From Massalongia carnosa (taxonomy: Eukaryota), in the NCBI GenBank assembly GCA_965645245.1, contig OZ287079.1, forward strand, positions 1,798,001 to 1,862,000: a DNA stretch of 64,000 nucleotides, in the 5' to 3' direction. This document shows positions 22,860 through 35,099 of the stretch, one piece after another (the stretch's first letter is position 1; each line of letters begins with the position of its first letter). Position numbers and translations under genes: made by a program. The notes below the pieces were generated by a model that was not told the origin of the DNA, did not search any database, and worked only from the letters and a program-made list of their open reading frames with translations.

Positions 22860-24278
22860 ATGGCTCAACACATCGCTTCATTAAGCTTTAGCGGAATTTC
22901 TAATCGCGACGAGAAGCGTCGCAAGCAGCGGGAAAGTCTCTCAGCAGCGCTCGTAGATCCAATTGTACGTTTTTCGAAATCTACGGAGCCTGATTATCGC
23001 AAACTTAGCCATGAACTCGCCGAGCAGAGAGAAAAGCTCAAAGAACGAGCAAGAACAGCGTCCGCCTCAAGTCAGGAGATACTTGAGTCGTTTAGTCCAA
23101 GCCGCGCAGAACGATATGTGAAGAATCGAGAGCCGTTATTGGAAGCCATGGCATCTCATAATCGAGCATGTCGCAATGCGTTGCGAGAGAAGCATGATAC
23201 GAAATCTCTTGACAAGCGCATCTATAAAAGACTTCTTTCAGGCGTGGAGGAAAATGACGCAGACATCTTACGCGAGCGAGCGGCGTTGGCCCGCAATCGA
23301 TTGAAACTTGAACGCGACATTCTAGTTCATCCCACTCATGCGCGGATTGGACAAGCGTACTTGATGGCATTGGTGGGCAGTCTCTCCGAGCCTGCCGGCG
23401 CCAGAATCAAAAATCCCGGGGCTCGCAACAAACATGATCAGGAGTCATTTCGAAACATGCTCCGAAAGGCGTACACACCGGAGCAGGGAACGGCCGAATT
23501 TGATCCTCCAGAGAAGAAGCTGTCGATGTTGTGGTGTCCTGTGACACGGAAATGGCATGAATCGTCCAACATGAGGGCGGCACACATTGTTCCTCACGCA
23601 ATCGGAGAGTTTAACGCCTCGTACATTTTCGGAGTTCCTTTGGACAAGGGTTGGAAGGTTCTTTGGTGGTTCGACAACGGGCTCATTCTTCATCCGAGAA
23701 TCGAGAAGCATTTCGACAACGCTCGCATCGTCATCGTGCCTCATGGAGACTGTGAAAACGAACTGCAATTGGTCGTGCTCGATGACTCGTTGTTGGACGC
23801 ACCGAGCTGCTCGGGCGGACCGCTATATCGAGAACTGAATCACGAGAAGCTCGTGTTCAAAACTGAATCGCGACCCAAGAAGAGAAACTTGTACTTTCAT
23901 TGTCTCATCACACTCTTTCGCCGTCATCGATACATGGTGTCAGGATGCGAAAGAGATCAAGAAAAAATTCAAATGGGGAGAATCTGGGGGACTCCCGGCA
24001 AATGGATGCGCGCAGGCGTGATTCAAGCTTTGGCTCTCGAAATCGGGGACGTTATGCAGGCGGAGAAGATCGTGAACGGAAGCATCGATTCTGATACGTT
24101 TCCGGAACCGCGTTCACCAATAGAGGAGCGAAAGGTTGCTGTGCAGGTTCATGATGTGTTGGAGAGGAAAAAGGTTGGTGGGGATGATGAGGACGATTGG
24201 GAATATGAGAAAGATGAGAAAGATGAAGATGAGAATGATGAAGATAATGAAGATGAAAATGACGAGGATGATGATTGA
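22860..24278 (+). CDS. Fungal HNH-endonuclease-domain protein with coiled-coil N-terminus and acidic tail
   Basis: Intact single-exon ORF; WCPVT...AAHIVPH...NGLILH...HFDNARIVIVP typical of fungal HNH_2 proteins; D/E-rich C-terminus. Confidence 0.8.
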   Translation: MAQHIASLSFSGISNRDEKRRKQRESLSAALVDPIVRFSKSTEPDYRKLSHELAEQREKLKERARTASASSQEILESFSPSRAERYVKNREPLLEAMASHNRACRNALREKHDTKSLDKRIYKRLLSGVEENDADILRERAALARNRLKLERDILVHPTHARIGQAYLMALVGSLSEPAGARIKNPGARNKHDQESFRNMLRKAYTPEQGTAEFDPPEKKLSMLWCPVTRKWHESSNMRAAHIVPHAIGEFNASYIFGVPLDKGWKVLWWFDNGLILHPRIEKHFDNARIVIVPHGDCENELQLVVLDDSLLDAPSCSGGPLYRELNHEKLVFKTESRPKKRNLYFHCLITLFRRHRYMVSGCERDQEKIQMGRIWGTPGKWMRAGVIQALALEIGDVMQAEKIVNGSIDSDTFPEPRSPIEERKVAVQVHDVLERKKVGGDDEDDWEYEKDEKDEDENDEDNEDENDEDDD

Positions 24279-24727
24279 TCGAGGCTCTCGAGATGTAACT
24301 ATCGAAACTATCGTATGACATATCATCATGAGCATCCATCAAGTGCTTATCTTCAGTGACCCTAACACGGGAACCGGAGTGACCTCCGAGTGCCGAAATT
24401 CAGTGAACCAACTGACTTCCTATGAAAGAGATCGCCGCAAGGTCTCCAATGTGACTGCTATATAATGAGTAGAGCCAAGCCTCCATTCCCCTGTGGCGGA
24501 ATGACAGCCCCTTTGAATCTTACATCGAGTTTGTTGAAATAAATATATGATTATGACTATATGATAATATATTAAACAACATTGTTTATAACTCTAATGT
24601 ATAAGATGAAGAATTGTTATAAAGCAGACTTCTTTCTTTAAATAGTCATCTTTTATTAAGCGAAGTAGTAATAATTTATTCGAGTTTAGATTGCTTATTC
24701 GTGCCCCACACTTTCGCTCGGTCGACG

Positions 24728-27700
24728 AAGATGGGTAAGACCGACGTTCTTTAGCTGATCCGGAATTTCTAATTTGTATGCTTTATTGTCGATGATCCTT
24801 ATGATCTTCCATGGGCCTGCGTTCTTGAAACTTAATGATCTACTGGGTCTTTCGGAAGCAAAGTGCTTGGCGTTTACATAAACCATGTCTCCGATCTTGT
24901 AATCGGGATGGGGTTGACGCGTGCCGTGTTTGTTCTTCCTGAGCCCAGGCTAACTGATCTCGAAGCCAGGTCCGCATGGCTTCTTGCCTTTCTATGATCC
25001 TGTCAGCGTGCAGTATCTCTGCTTTTCCTTTCCCTTCGTATGTGCCTGGTGGTTCGATGCCACAGCGTGGGTGATAGCCATGATCTGCAAAGAATGGGGT
25101 CATTCCCGTGGATACGTTTACATGGTTGTTGGCGGCAAACTCGGCGTCTGAGAGATAGTCCACCCAGTTGTCTTGTGTATAACTGACGTATGCTCGAAGG
25201 CAGTTTTTCATTACCTTATTGGCGTTTTCGGTTTGACCGTCCGTCTCGGGATGATGTGTAGAAGAGAACTTTATTTTCACCCCGTATCTTTCGCAAACTC
25301 TTTTCGATAGGTGAGCGGTTAGTTGGCTACCGCGGTCGTTGACTATTGATATAGGGAATCCGTAAGAGGAGAATAATCTACTGGACATTGCGTCCATCAG
25401 TTCGTCCATAGAGAGAGAGGTTAGTGGTTCGTATAATCGTCTTTTCGTTAAACGATCTACTATCAGTAATATGTGCTGATAGACTCTATTTCGTCTTCGG
25501 CATTCTGGGAGGAATTCAACGAAGTCCAATGATACGTCCGTCCATTTTCTATTTGGGATGGGAAGAGGATTCAACAGGCCTTGCTTCTTGTCGTTGTATA
25601 CTTTTGATCTTCGGCATACAGAGCAGTTAACTGCGTATCTCTTGCAGTGCTCCTTCATCTCGAACCAGAAATAATTCTCTCTCATTGTTTGATACATACT
25701 TTTGTATCCTGGGTGGCCTGTAATGGTGGTTCGTGATGCTTTTGCAATAAATGTAATTGCAATGGCTCGTAATCTGGTACGTATAGTCTTTCTTTGACAT
25801 ACAGCTTGTCGTTCTCTATTTTGAGGTCCCCCATTGCTAGCTTTATCCCTCTTTTTATGAGGTTCAATGGGAGCTTTCTCAGTTCCTTTTTCTTTGCTGC
25901 TATTATGTCTTGGACCGTTTTGTCTCTTTCGTAAGCTTCTTCAATTAGTTCCTCCAAAGTCTTCGTTACTGAATTCTCGGTTTCATCAGTCGCTGGTGTA
26001 TGTTTTGCGTTGGGTTCTCCTGATTCTGTTGCGCCTTCTTCGGTGGCATTGCTTTGCTTACCTTGATCGTTATCGTCGTCGTCGTCGTCGGCGTCTGCTA
26101 TGTTCGAGCAGAACACGACTGCTAGTGCTTTTCGTATATCGTCATCTAGTTGATGCTCTTGCAGTAGCGTTTGGAATTGATGTTGCTTTCTTATATTCTC
26201 GAATCCCTTTGGGAGGTCTTGAGAGCGTCGGGTCAGCGTGTCCGGTTTCTCTCCTTGCTTTCCCGGTCGATACATTATCTTGAAATTGAATTCGGAAAGA
26301 AATTCGGCCCATCTGGCTTGCCTTCTGTTCAGCTGTTTCGTGGTCATGAAGTGCTCTAGATTCTTGTGATCGGTGTATACTTTAATAGGTTTATTAGGAG
26401 CAGCACTTGCGACCTCGGGACGCCAGACTTCGAAGCTCTTCACAATGGCGAGGAGTTCCTTATCATAAATCATATAATTACACTCGGCAGGAGTCATCTT
26501 CTTGGAGAAATAGGCTACCGATTTCAGTATTCCATCGTGCATTTGAGAGTACCCCGGCGCTAACAAAATCTGAAGAGTCAGTCTCGACCCATGTTTCCAA
26601 GGCCGGATCGTAATGTGCTCAGACGGGAGCGGTGGTGAACGCATTCTTTAAATCTTCGAAGGCTATTTTACAGTCTTCAGACCAAACGAATGAATTGTAT
26701 CTAGTTCGTTTCTTTCCTGACTTCGTCGTTATTTGCTCGCCCTTTGTTAACTCTGTTAACGATCTCGTTCGTTGCGAGAACCTTGATATAAATCGTCGGT
26801 AGAAATTTGCAAAGCCTAAAAATGCTTGCACATCTTTAACGGAGCCTGGGGTCTCCCATTTTAGAATCGCCTCGATTTTCTCCGAGTCCATCTTTATTCC
26901 ATCGGTGGTAACTATCAACCCAAGATATTTCACTTCTGTCACAGAGAATTCGCATTTGTCTATGTCCACTTGCAGTCCTTTCTCCTTTAATCGAGTTAGA
27001 ACTTTTAGCACTTGTTCGGAACGCTCTTCTTCGTTTTCGCTGTAAATTAAGACGTCGTCCAAATACGCCGTGCAGAAAACGTCTAAGTATTCTCTGACTG
27101 TATCGTTTATGAAGCTTTGAAAGGTTCCTGGAGCGTTGCAAAGACCGAACGGCATTACCAAATATTCGAACTGGCCATATCTAGTATTGAAAGCTGTGAG
27201 CCACTCATGGCCTTCCTTCATTCTCATACGATTGAACGCAGTAATCACATCTAGCTTTGTGAACTTCTTGGCTTATGAGAGTTTCCCTAATGTCTCATTT
27301 ATCGACGGTATTGGATATCTGTTCTTGATCGTGATGGAGTTCAAGGCTCTATAATCTACGCAGAATCTTAAACCACCCCCTGGTTTTCTAACTAGAAGGA
27401 CCGGGGCTGCTGCGCTTGAAGAACTAGGACGGATGAAGCCTTTTCCCAGATGCTCATCGATGTATTTTTTAACCGCTTCCAGTTCTTGTTCTGACATGGG
27501 TTTATAGTTCCTTACATATGGAGCTTCTTTTCCTGTTTTGAGGATTATCGAATGATCCTCCTTTCGATGTTCAGGTAGTTCATCCGCCTTGTGCTTCATG
27601 AAAACATCTATTACGCTGTGATAGACTGCTGGGACTCTCTTCAACAACTCCTCGCAAGTGTATTCCGGTTTGCCTTTCATGAACTTGTCATAATCTACTG

Positions 27701-28756
27701 ATGTTACAGCCCCTGTGGTTGTCGCACAACAAGCTTTTGTCTTCTCTTGAGAAATCCATAGATATCCTTCATGATCCTTCTTTTTAGCCATGCGAAAGAA
27801 GTGCTTCGCGTTAACTGGGAGAACTTCTATGTCCCCCTTTGGCTCAATCCTGTCTTTGACCTTGCTACCTATGGCAAACTCGGTGCAAGTTATCCCCCGT
27901 GTGAGACATCCTATTTCTAAACAATCTGAAGAGTTGAACTTCATTGTTCGCTTCTTTCCAGTTAATACTCGGGTTGTGGGTTTGTAGCCACCCATCCTCT
28001 AAAATAACTGAGTACGTATGAAGTTTTGCTAAATAGCACCGGACTTTTTCTCCATGATCTCCGATCTTTATCTCGATCAGAGCAGCTTTGGTGAGAAGTT
28101 GGACTACTTCTCCGTTATCAAGAGTAAGTTTCACCTTCTTGTCCAGTTTGAAGGTGTTTAATTTATGAATACGCGCAAAGGATTCGTCAATGAGTTCGGC
28201 TTCACTTCCATTATCGACAAGTAAACGGGTTTTAATCCCAGCTATGCTAGTTTTAAATACTAAATGCTTGCCCTCGATTTTCTTTTCAGTATCGTGGACA
28301 GCACAAGTAGAGACCCTAACACTCTTTATTTCAGCTTCACCGTTCTCATTAACAACACCCCCCTCTGAGAGTCCTTGATCGCGATTTTGATCAAGGACTA
28401 AGCTTTCCCCGAGTCCGATTCAGAACCGGAATCGGTTTCTATTGTTTTCATGGCGTTGAGTTTCCTCTTTTTGTGCTGAGGACAGATTGAATCGCTTCCC
28501 CGATGTCCCGATCCCCTGCAAGCCCAACATCTACCTTGAGCGGACAGGGTTTCCCGATCGTCGTTCTCCAGTTTCTTTGGATTCGGGTCTGGATCGTACC
28601 AAGCACCTGTCCAACCTGTTGGTTTCACGATCGTCGGGGCGGGTTCGGTGCTCGGATCCTCGGTTTTCTTGATTTGATGAGAGGGGGAGTATGAAGACTT
28701 TCCCTTAGTTGATTGTCATCCCAAGAAGTTGCTCCCTTTGCCGGCATTCTTTGACG
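24728..28756 (-). mobile_element. Gypsy copy 2 (same lineage as copy 1), truncated at both ends, no LTRs
   Basis: gag C-terminus, PR, RT, RH and IN fragments highly similar to 6900-10820; frameshifted. Confidence 0.9.
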
Positions 28757-28928
28757 GGTAACCCGACCCGTTACGCAACGTAACAATAATTAACAATTCT
28801 TTAATTTAATAATTAAACAAAACAAATTCAAGTAAAAATATCAATTTATCGATTTGATCAGAATCCTGACATTAATTATTATAAACTTAAACTACAAGCA
28901 AATTTTAAATTGTACGTTTTCTTGTAAC

Positions 28929-29086
28929 TGTAATGATTCGATTATGCGTGATCCGGACGTTAGAACTTATCGTGCACATAACGCGAATCACTAATTATAG
29001 TAGATTAGAGCTTAGTCTGCGGACTAAGTAGTTTGCCTTTTGCTGGGACTATAATAGAAATCTATTCACTCTCTAACTTCGTCACA
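28929..29086 (+). mobile_element. Solo LTR, diverged relative of family A
   Basis: TGTAAT...CGTCACA; shares TAGAGCTTAGTCTGCGGACTAAGTA; TSD GTAAC / ATAAC (1 mismatch). Confidence 0.75.
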
Positions 29087-29477
29087 ATAACCAAAAAGCT
29101 GTTGACTACTGTTACTCCTGTGATCCTTTGTATAAGAGGGACATTCCGCAAGGGGAGCGAATCGGACACAGCTGGATGAATCACTTCGCAAGGGGAGTGA
29201 TAAAAGCTGGATAGTTTCAATTTTGGAGGCGAAAGGGGAGCCACGCTCGAAGGGGAGTGTTGGAATACTCGCTTAGCCCCATTAGTTCTAGCTCAGCCCT
29301 GCAGGCTGCCATGACTGCTATAAGCAGTCACCTCCGTAGTAATTTCAACATTATGCCGTCAACTGTTTATTTAACAAAATCGCGTTGTGGTTGAAGTTTC
29401 GCAAAACACATCCGGAAAGAGGTATTTGATCGTTATGTGAGAGTTCATATTATACGAGCTTGTTTACGCCGCGGAAT

Positions 29478-29574
29478 GGGTTGGGTTGGGTTGGGTTCTC
29501 ACGTAAAGAACCCAACCCAATGGTGGGTTGGGTTCGGGTTGGGTTTTCATTGGGTTACCCAAATCACATGCTTA
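29478..29574. repeat. GGGTT/AACCC motif cluster, probable subterminal region of a hAT-like DNA transposon end
   Basis: Repeated GGGTT and AACCC pentamers in both orientations; related GGTAACCCGACCCG at 28757; no transposase seen. Confidence 0.35.
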
Positions 29575-29918
29575 GTAATGGTAATCAATAACCTTGACTT
29601 ATCAACGTGGCGATCGGCGTTAGTATCTTATGTATTCTCAACTATACCATCTACTTACCACCAGGCATACTCTTCCTGGTGGTTGGTTTTCTTATCGCAC
29701 CAGTTCTGGCACCTGGTCCGGGTATTCTGTCGAGTGTTCGGTTTGGAATTCGCGCAGGTTTGCGCGTACGCTTGCGCGGAGTCTTTGGTGCCATATCTAA
29801 AATCAAACAGGCAAGCAGACAGGTTATCAGTGGTCGCGCGTGGCAACTAGGTTAGGTTGGGTATGGTTAGGTTCAGTATGACTAGGTTGGGTTGGCTAGT
29901 TTAGGTGGAATATGTATG

Positions 29919-32900
29919 TGTTGAGAATTGAGCCGAGATGTCTGCTTATTAATAAGAGCACTAACCGAATGCGGATCAAGCACTAAGGGTTATTTCGGCC
30001 GTGGCAACACATCACTAATCATTCGAGATGTCATCTATCTGCCAGCTAAGGGAGGCAAAACGGAATATATTGTTAGATGGTGAGGCTACCATTGGTTAGA
30101 TGGTCAGGCTACCATCAATATAGGCATCCATCGTGAGTCACACGGGTGTCTACCAGGCACCTATGGAGGTGCCTAACAGGCAGCTATGGGAAGCCTACAG
30201 CATTACTGCTGTGTGACTGCTATAAAAGCAGGTAGATAGCCCACATAGATAATAACCCTCAATGACATGTATGCTTCTTATTTGCCCTACTTCCGTTTCA
30301 TGATCAATAGCCTGGTGTTTCAACAGGTTATGAGCCCGGTCAGCTATTAGAGAAATAAGAAGCCATTGATATTCGACTTCACCCTAATTCGTTTCGTCCC
30401 AATGTCTTCATCAGCTGCGTCAACGTCGACCACCCCGCTGGGGTCCGGAAAAGGGCCGGAAGAAGAGTCGACGAGTGAGAATGTTGATGGCCAGTATAAG
30501 GCTGGTGTGGGATTAAAAGTTGTGGGGTATCGTCGACGGTAAGACAGCACGCCCCAGCGATTCTAGACCGAATGATCAGACGTCTTGGGAGTTTGATAAT
30601 GCAACGGTTATGACCTACATCATGACGTCTGTAGACGACGAGCAGTTGCAGCACATCGTACTCTTGGACACCGCCAAGGAGCAGTGGGACACGTTGTATC
30701 GAATTCATCAGGACATAGGAAAAACACGGCTGGTTCCCCTACTGCGAAGACTGTCAGCGTATCGAGCTGGACCTTCACAGACGGTGGAACAGATCGCGTC
30801 GGAGCTTAGAAAGATAGCTTCAATCATAGGAGAAATCAGACTTGAGGAAAAGCCTTCGGATTTCTTTCTAGCTCGTACCCTTCTAGACTCGGTGGACGGC
30901 AGCGCGTATGCAATGGCCCGAGCCCTGTTGGAAGAGAAAGACGATTTGACCATGTTGATGGTCATCGAAAAGTTCAAAGAAGTTGAACAGAAGAACAAGG
31001 ACAATGAGGTAAACATTCACGAAGTTGCTAATAGGGCGTCATCCGATCGAAAGTTCAGTGGAAAATGCTACCATTGCGACAAAGTGGGGCATATAAAGAC
31101 CAGCTGTTTCTTATGGTTGAAAACGGATGAGGGCCAGAAGCATCAAAAGGGGAGTGAGAATACTGATCATATGTCGAATAAAACCCGAGGTAAATCATCG
31201 AACGGGGGACGGGGCCGAAAGCCGAAGAAGTCGGAAGAGGCACGACTGACCCGAGAGGATGAAGATGACGCTCGATCCGAAGCCAGCGATGCTTCAGAGT
31301 ACGCCAGGATGGCTGTTGAAGACGCTGAAGAATATATTCAGGCCGCCCAATTCGAAGCCCAGGAGCGACTGCACGAATGGGGGCTGGATCGGAAGCCCAG
31401 GCCGCTCGATTTGGCGCGATTGCGCAAACGGGGGCTGGCACTCCATCGAAGGAATGGATTATTGACTCCGGAGCGAGTCGGCACATGACTCCTGATAGGG
31501 GGTTATTCGTCAGCATGATGCTGATTAGGACGACAGTGAGGGTGGCCGATGGTACGGTCATTTTGTCAATTGGTAGAGGAGACGTCCTTGTACGGATGAG
31601 AAACGGGGAGAAGATACGACTGACTGAAGTGTTATTTGTCCCCGAACTCGATACCAACCTACTGTCGATACGAGCTCTTCAGGCGAAGGGAATTTCCGTC
31701 CGCTTCGGCCTGAATGGAGTCGAAATCACCCGCGGTGAGGCCTTATTGGCCACCGGAGTGTTGTCTGGATCGTCGTACCTATTGAGGCCAGCCAGAGAGG
31801 ATGTGGCCCTGATTACTGAGGTAACGAAGGAGAAACACTCACCGAACCCGGCTCGGGATGATTATTTGTTATGGCATGCGCGAATGGGGCATGTCAGTCT
31901 CAAAAGACTAGAGAAACTTCCATCATTGACCACCGGAACGGGTGCGATCAAAGGAGTGGATGCAACCGCTCATTCTGATAAGTGCGTCACCTGCAAATAT
32001 ACCAAAATGACGAAGGTAATCAGTCGAATGCCGCCATTGAAATCAACGCGACGAGGAGAACGTACGTTTTCGGACTATTGGGGCCCGTACAAGGTAGCGA
32101 ATCTTCAAGGATCGCAATATTTCCTGTCATTTGTCGATGATTTTTCTCGTCGATCTGAGGTGTATTTTGGATCGAGGTTGACCCTGAAAGAAAACTTTCA
32201 ACGATATAAAGCGAAGTTCGAAGTCGAGACTGGAGAGAAGCTAGGTCTAATTCGTACGGACAACGCAAAGGAATATCACGCTTTGGAAAAAGACCTTCTG
32301 AAAGAAGGCATTCAAATGGAGTTTACAGACCCGTACACCCCTGAGCAAAACGGGGTCGCTGAGCGTCTGAATCGAACCCTAATGCAGATGGTTAGGGCTA
32401 TGCAACTATGGGCTGGATTGCCCAGGGAATTTTGGGGGGAGGCCTTGATGGTCGCGAATTATCTTCGGAATCGGCTCCCAACCAATACACACGGAGGGAA
32501 AATGACTCCATACGAGGCCTGGTACGGCCGAAGACCGGATCTGGGCCACTTACGAACCTATGGATGTTTGGTTCATGCCCGTATCCCCAGCGAAAGAAGA
32601 GACAAAATGGATGTCGTCTCATTTCAGGGAGTATTCGTCGGGTACCACTCATCAAAACAATATCGAATTTATAACCCCAAAACGAAGAAAATCGGATGGC
32701 ATTCGAGCCTTGATTTTTTCGAGGACTGGCCTGGGGGACCATTGTTAAACGTTCCTACCGAGTCAGGGACATGGGAAATTGACACAATTGACAGCGATTA
32801 CGAGCCCGACAAGTATCTCGACAATCAACTCATCACCAACGAGGGGGGAGATGAGGTCATTCGTGATAACGGCCAAAACAAGAATTTATCAGTAGGGGCT

Positions 32901-34265
32901 GACCCCACATCTCAAATTGAAAATCCTGAAGAGATTACATCGCCAGTGGGAGCTGATCCCGCCTCTTCAAATGAAGGAATACCCACGATTGAACTGAATG
33001 CTCAGTCAAACACAGGTATCCCTGCAAGTATCGAAGGCAAATCGCCCAGAAAAAGGACTCCTACAACGACTGCATTCACCCGATCAAAGAGAGAGAGAAA
33101 GCCGTACGACAAATACGCATTCGACAATAATCAAGCTCTTCAAACAAATGACGATCATGATCCCACTTCGTACAGTGAGGCCGTCAACGGAAAAGACTGG
33201 CGAAAATGGAAAATAGCCATCAAAGAAGAACTCGATGCCCTACTGTCAAACGGAACATTTTTGGTGGTAAATCAGCCCTCGAATCGAGACCTGATCACGT
33301 CCAAATGGGTATTCAAGGTAAAACGTCACGGAATGGTAATGAAAATTTTCGGGGGAGCGTGCATCTGGCGAAGTGCCAAACAGCGATCGACGTCATCATC
33401 GAGTACCGAAGCCGAATACGTCTCCATGTGCGAAGCCGGAAAACAGCTCGTTTGGGCCAGCAGATTAATGAGTCAATTGCATCTGCGTCCCAACAAGGCC
33501 ATTGACTTGAAGGGTGACAATCAGGGATGTTTAGCACTTATTAAAAATCCTGAACATCACTCTCGTACAAAACACATTGACGTTCAATATCACTACATTC
33601 GGGAAATCGTCGACGATGGGTTAATTCGAATTTCCTACGTCCCCACGGCCGAAATGTTAGCTGACATATTCACCAAGCCTTTGCCACAGGCATCATTCGA
33701 ACGGCTCCGGGCAAGCCTAGGGGTGAGGATAGTTAGCTAAGGGGTTTGGACGTACATCGGCCGTTTGGCCCATGGCCCAGGGGACAGGCCCCGAGGGCGA
33801 CACGCGATGGTTGGTACAGCGAGGGCATGAGGCCATCCAGACAATCTCGGAGTGGGAGTGTTGAGAATTGAGCCGAGATGTCTGCTTATTAATAAGAGCA
33901 CTAACCGAATGCGGATCAAGCACTAAGGGTTATTTCGGCCGTGGCAACACATCACTAATCATTCGAGATGTCATCCATCTGCCAGCTAAGGGAGGCAAAA
34001 CGGAATATATTGTTAGATGGTGAGGCTACCATTGGTTAGATGGTCAGGCTACCATCAATATAGGCATCCATCGTGAGTCACACGGGTGTCTACCAGGCAC
34101 CTATGGAGGTGCCTAACAGGCAGCTATGGGAAGCCTACAGCATTACTGCTGTGTGACTGCTATAAAAGCAGGTAGATAGCCCACATAGATAATAACTCTC
34201 AATGACATGTATGCTTCTTATTTGCCCTACTTCCGTTTCATGATCAATAGCCTGGTGTTTCAACA
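29919..34265 (+). mobile_element. Ty1/Copia element 1, internally deleted (RT missing)
   Basis: 407-bp LTRs (29919-30325, 33859-34265) differing at 2 C/T sites; PBS GGTTATGAGCCC; PPT GGAGTGGGAG; flanks GTATG / GATAC do not match. Confidence 0.92.
30402..33740 (+). pseudogene. Copia gag-pol, frameshifted, with an in-frame deletion of most of RT
   Basis: CYHCDKVGHIKTSC, WIIDSGASRHM, integrase (TDNAKEY, PEQNGVAERLNR); KWVFKVKRHG joins directly to MVMKIFGGACIWRS (RNase H region). Confidence 0.88.
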
Positions 34266-34293
34266 GATACAAAATAACCCACCCCACAAACCC

Positions 34294-34697
34294 AGAACTA
34301 GAAGGCCGTCACCCCTACAGCGTGGCATCCAGAACCAGAAGAACCATCCTCGGTGGCGGATGTAAAAGTAACCCACATCGGAACGACAACGGGCGACTCA
34401 TTCACTAGGCCAGTCGTACAACCTAGAACTAGAAGGCCCCCACCCCTATAGCGTGGCACCTAGATCTAGAACTAGAAGAACCATCCTCGGTGGCGGATGT
34501 AAAAGTAACCCACATCGGAACGACAACGGGCGACTCTTTCACTAGGCCAGTCGTACAACCCCAGAACCAGAAGGCCCCCACCCCTACAGCGTGGCACCTA
34601 GAATCCAGAACCAGAAGAACCATCCTCGGTGGCGGATGTAAAAGTAACCCACATCGGAACGACAACTGGCGACCCTTTTACTAGGCCAGTCGCACGA
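34294..34697 (+). repeat. Three tandem ~130-138-bp repeats upstream of the Gypsy copy 3 gag
   Basis: Unit contains GAAGAACCATCCTCGGTGGCGGATGTAAAAGTAACCCACATCGGAACGACAAC. Confidence 0.85.
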
Positions 34698-35099
34698 ACC
34701 AGAACCACCGGAACCAGAATCACCAGGACCACTTTCAACCACCCAGAACCAGAACTAGAAACCAGAACAGGACTCCGTTAATTATCCGGCCTTGCCAGAA
34801 GAAGAAACTCAACTGAAAGCAGATGACCCTTCCGTGATCCAGACCGTAGAACATCTGAGGACATGAACGCTTCAGGATGAGCAGGCAGTGTTACAGATGA
34901 TCCTAGCCATCAAGGAAAGTTATGAAAAGGCCCAAGCTGAAGCGGCCAAAGGAAAGAACATCACGAGCCGACTCCTCTCCCTGACGGAACAACAGGAATG
35001 AGTAGTGAGTTACTTACAAAAGGAAGTCGAAAAGCTTAGGTTGACATTGATCGGAGAGCGACGACCGAATGATGCTACTACGTCTTTTTTTTACCATCA

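Noticed and set aside
29478..29560. Telomeric repeat tract
   Set aside because: Pentamer GGGTT in both orientations, not a TTAGGG array
34294..34697. Possible CRISPR-like array
   Set aside because: Whole ~130-bp units repeat with no unique spacers; eukaryotic retrotransposon context, no cas genes
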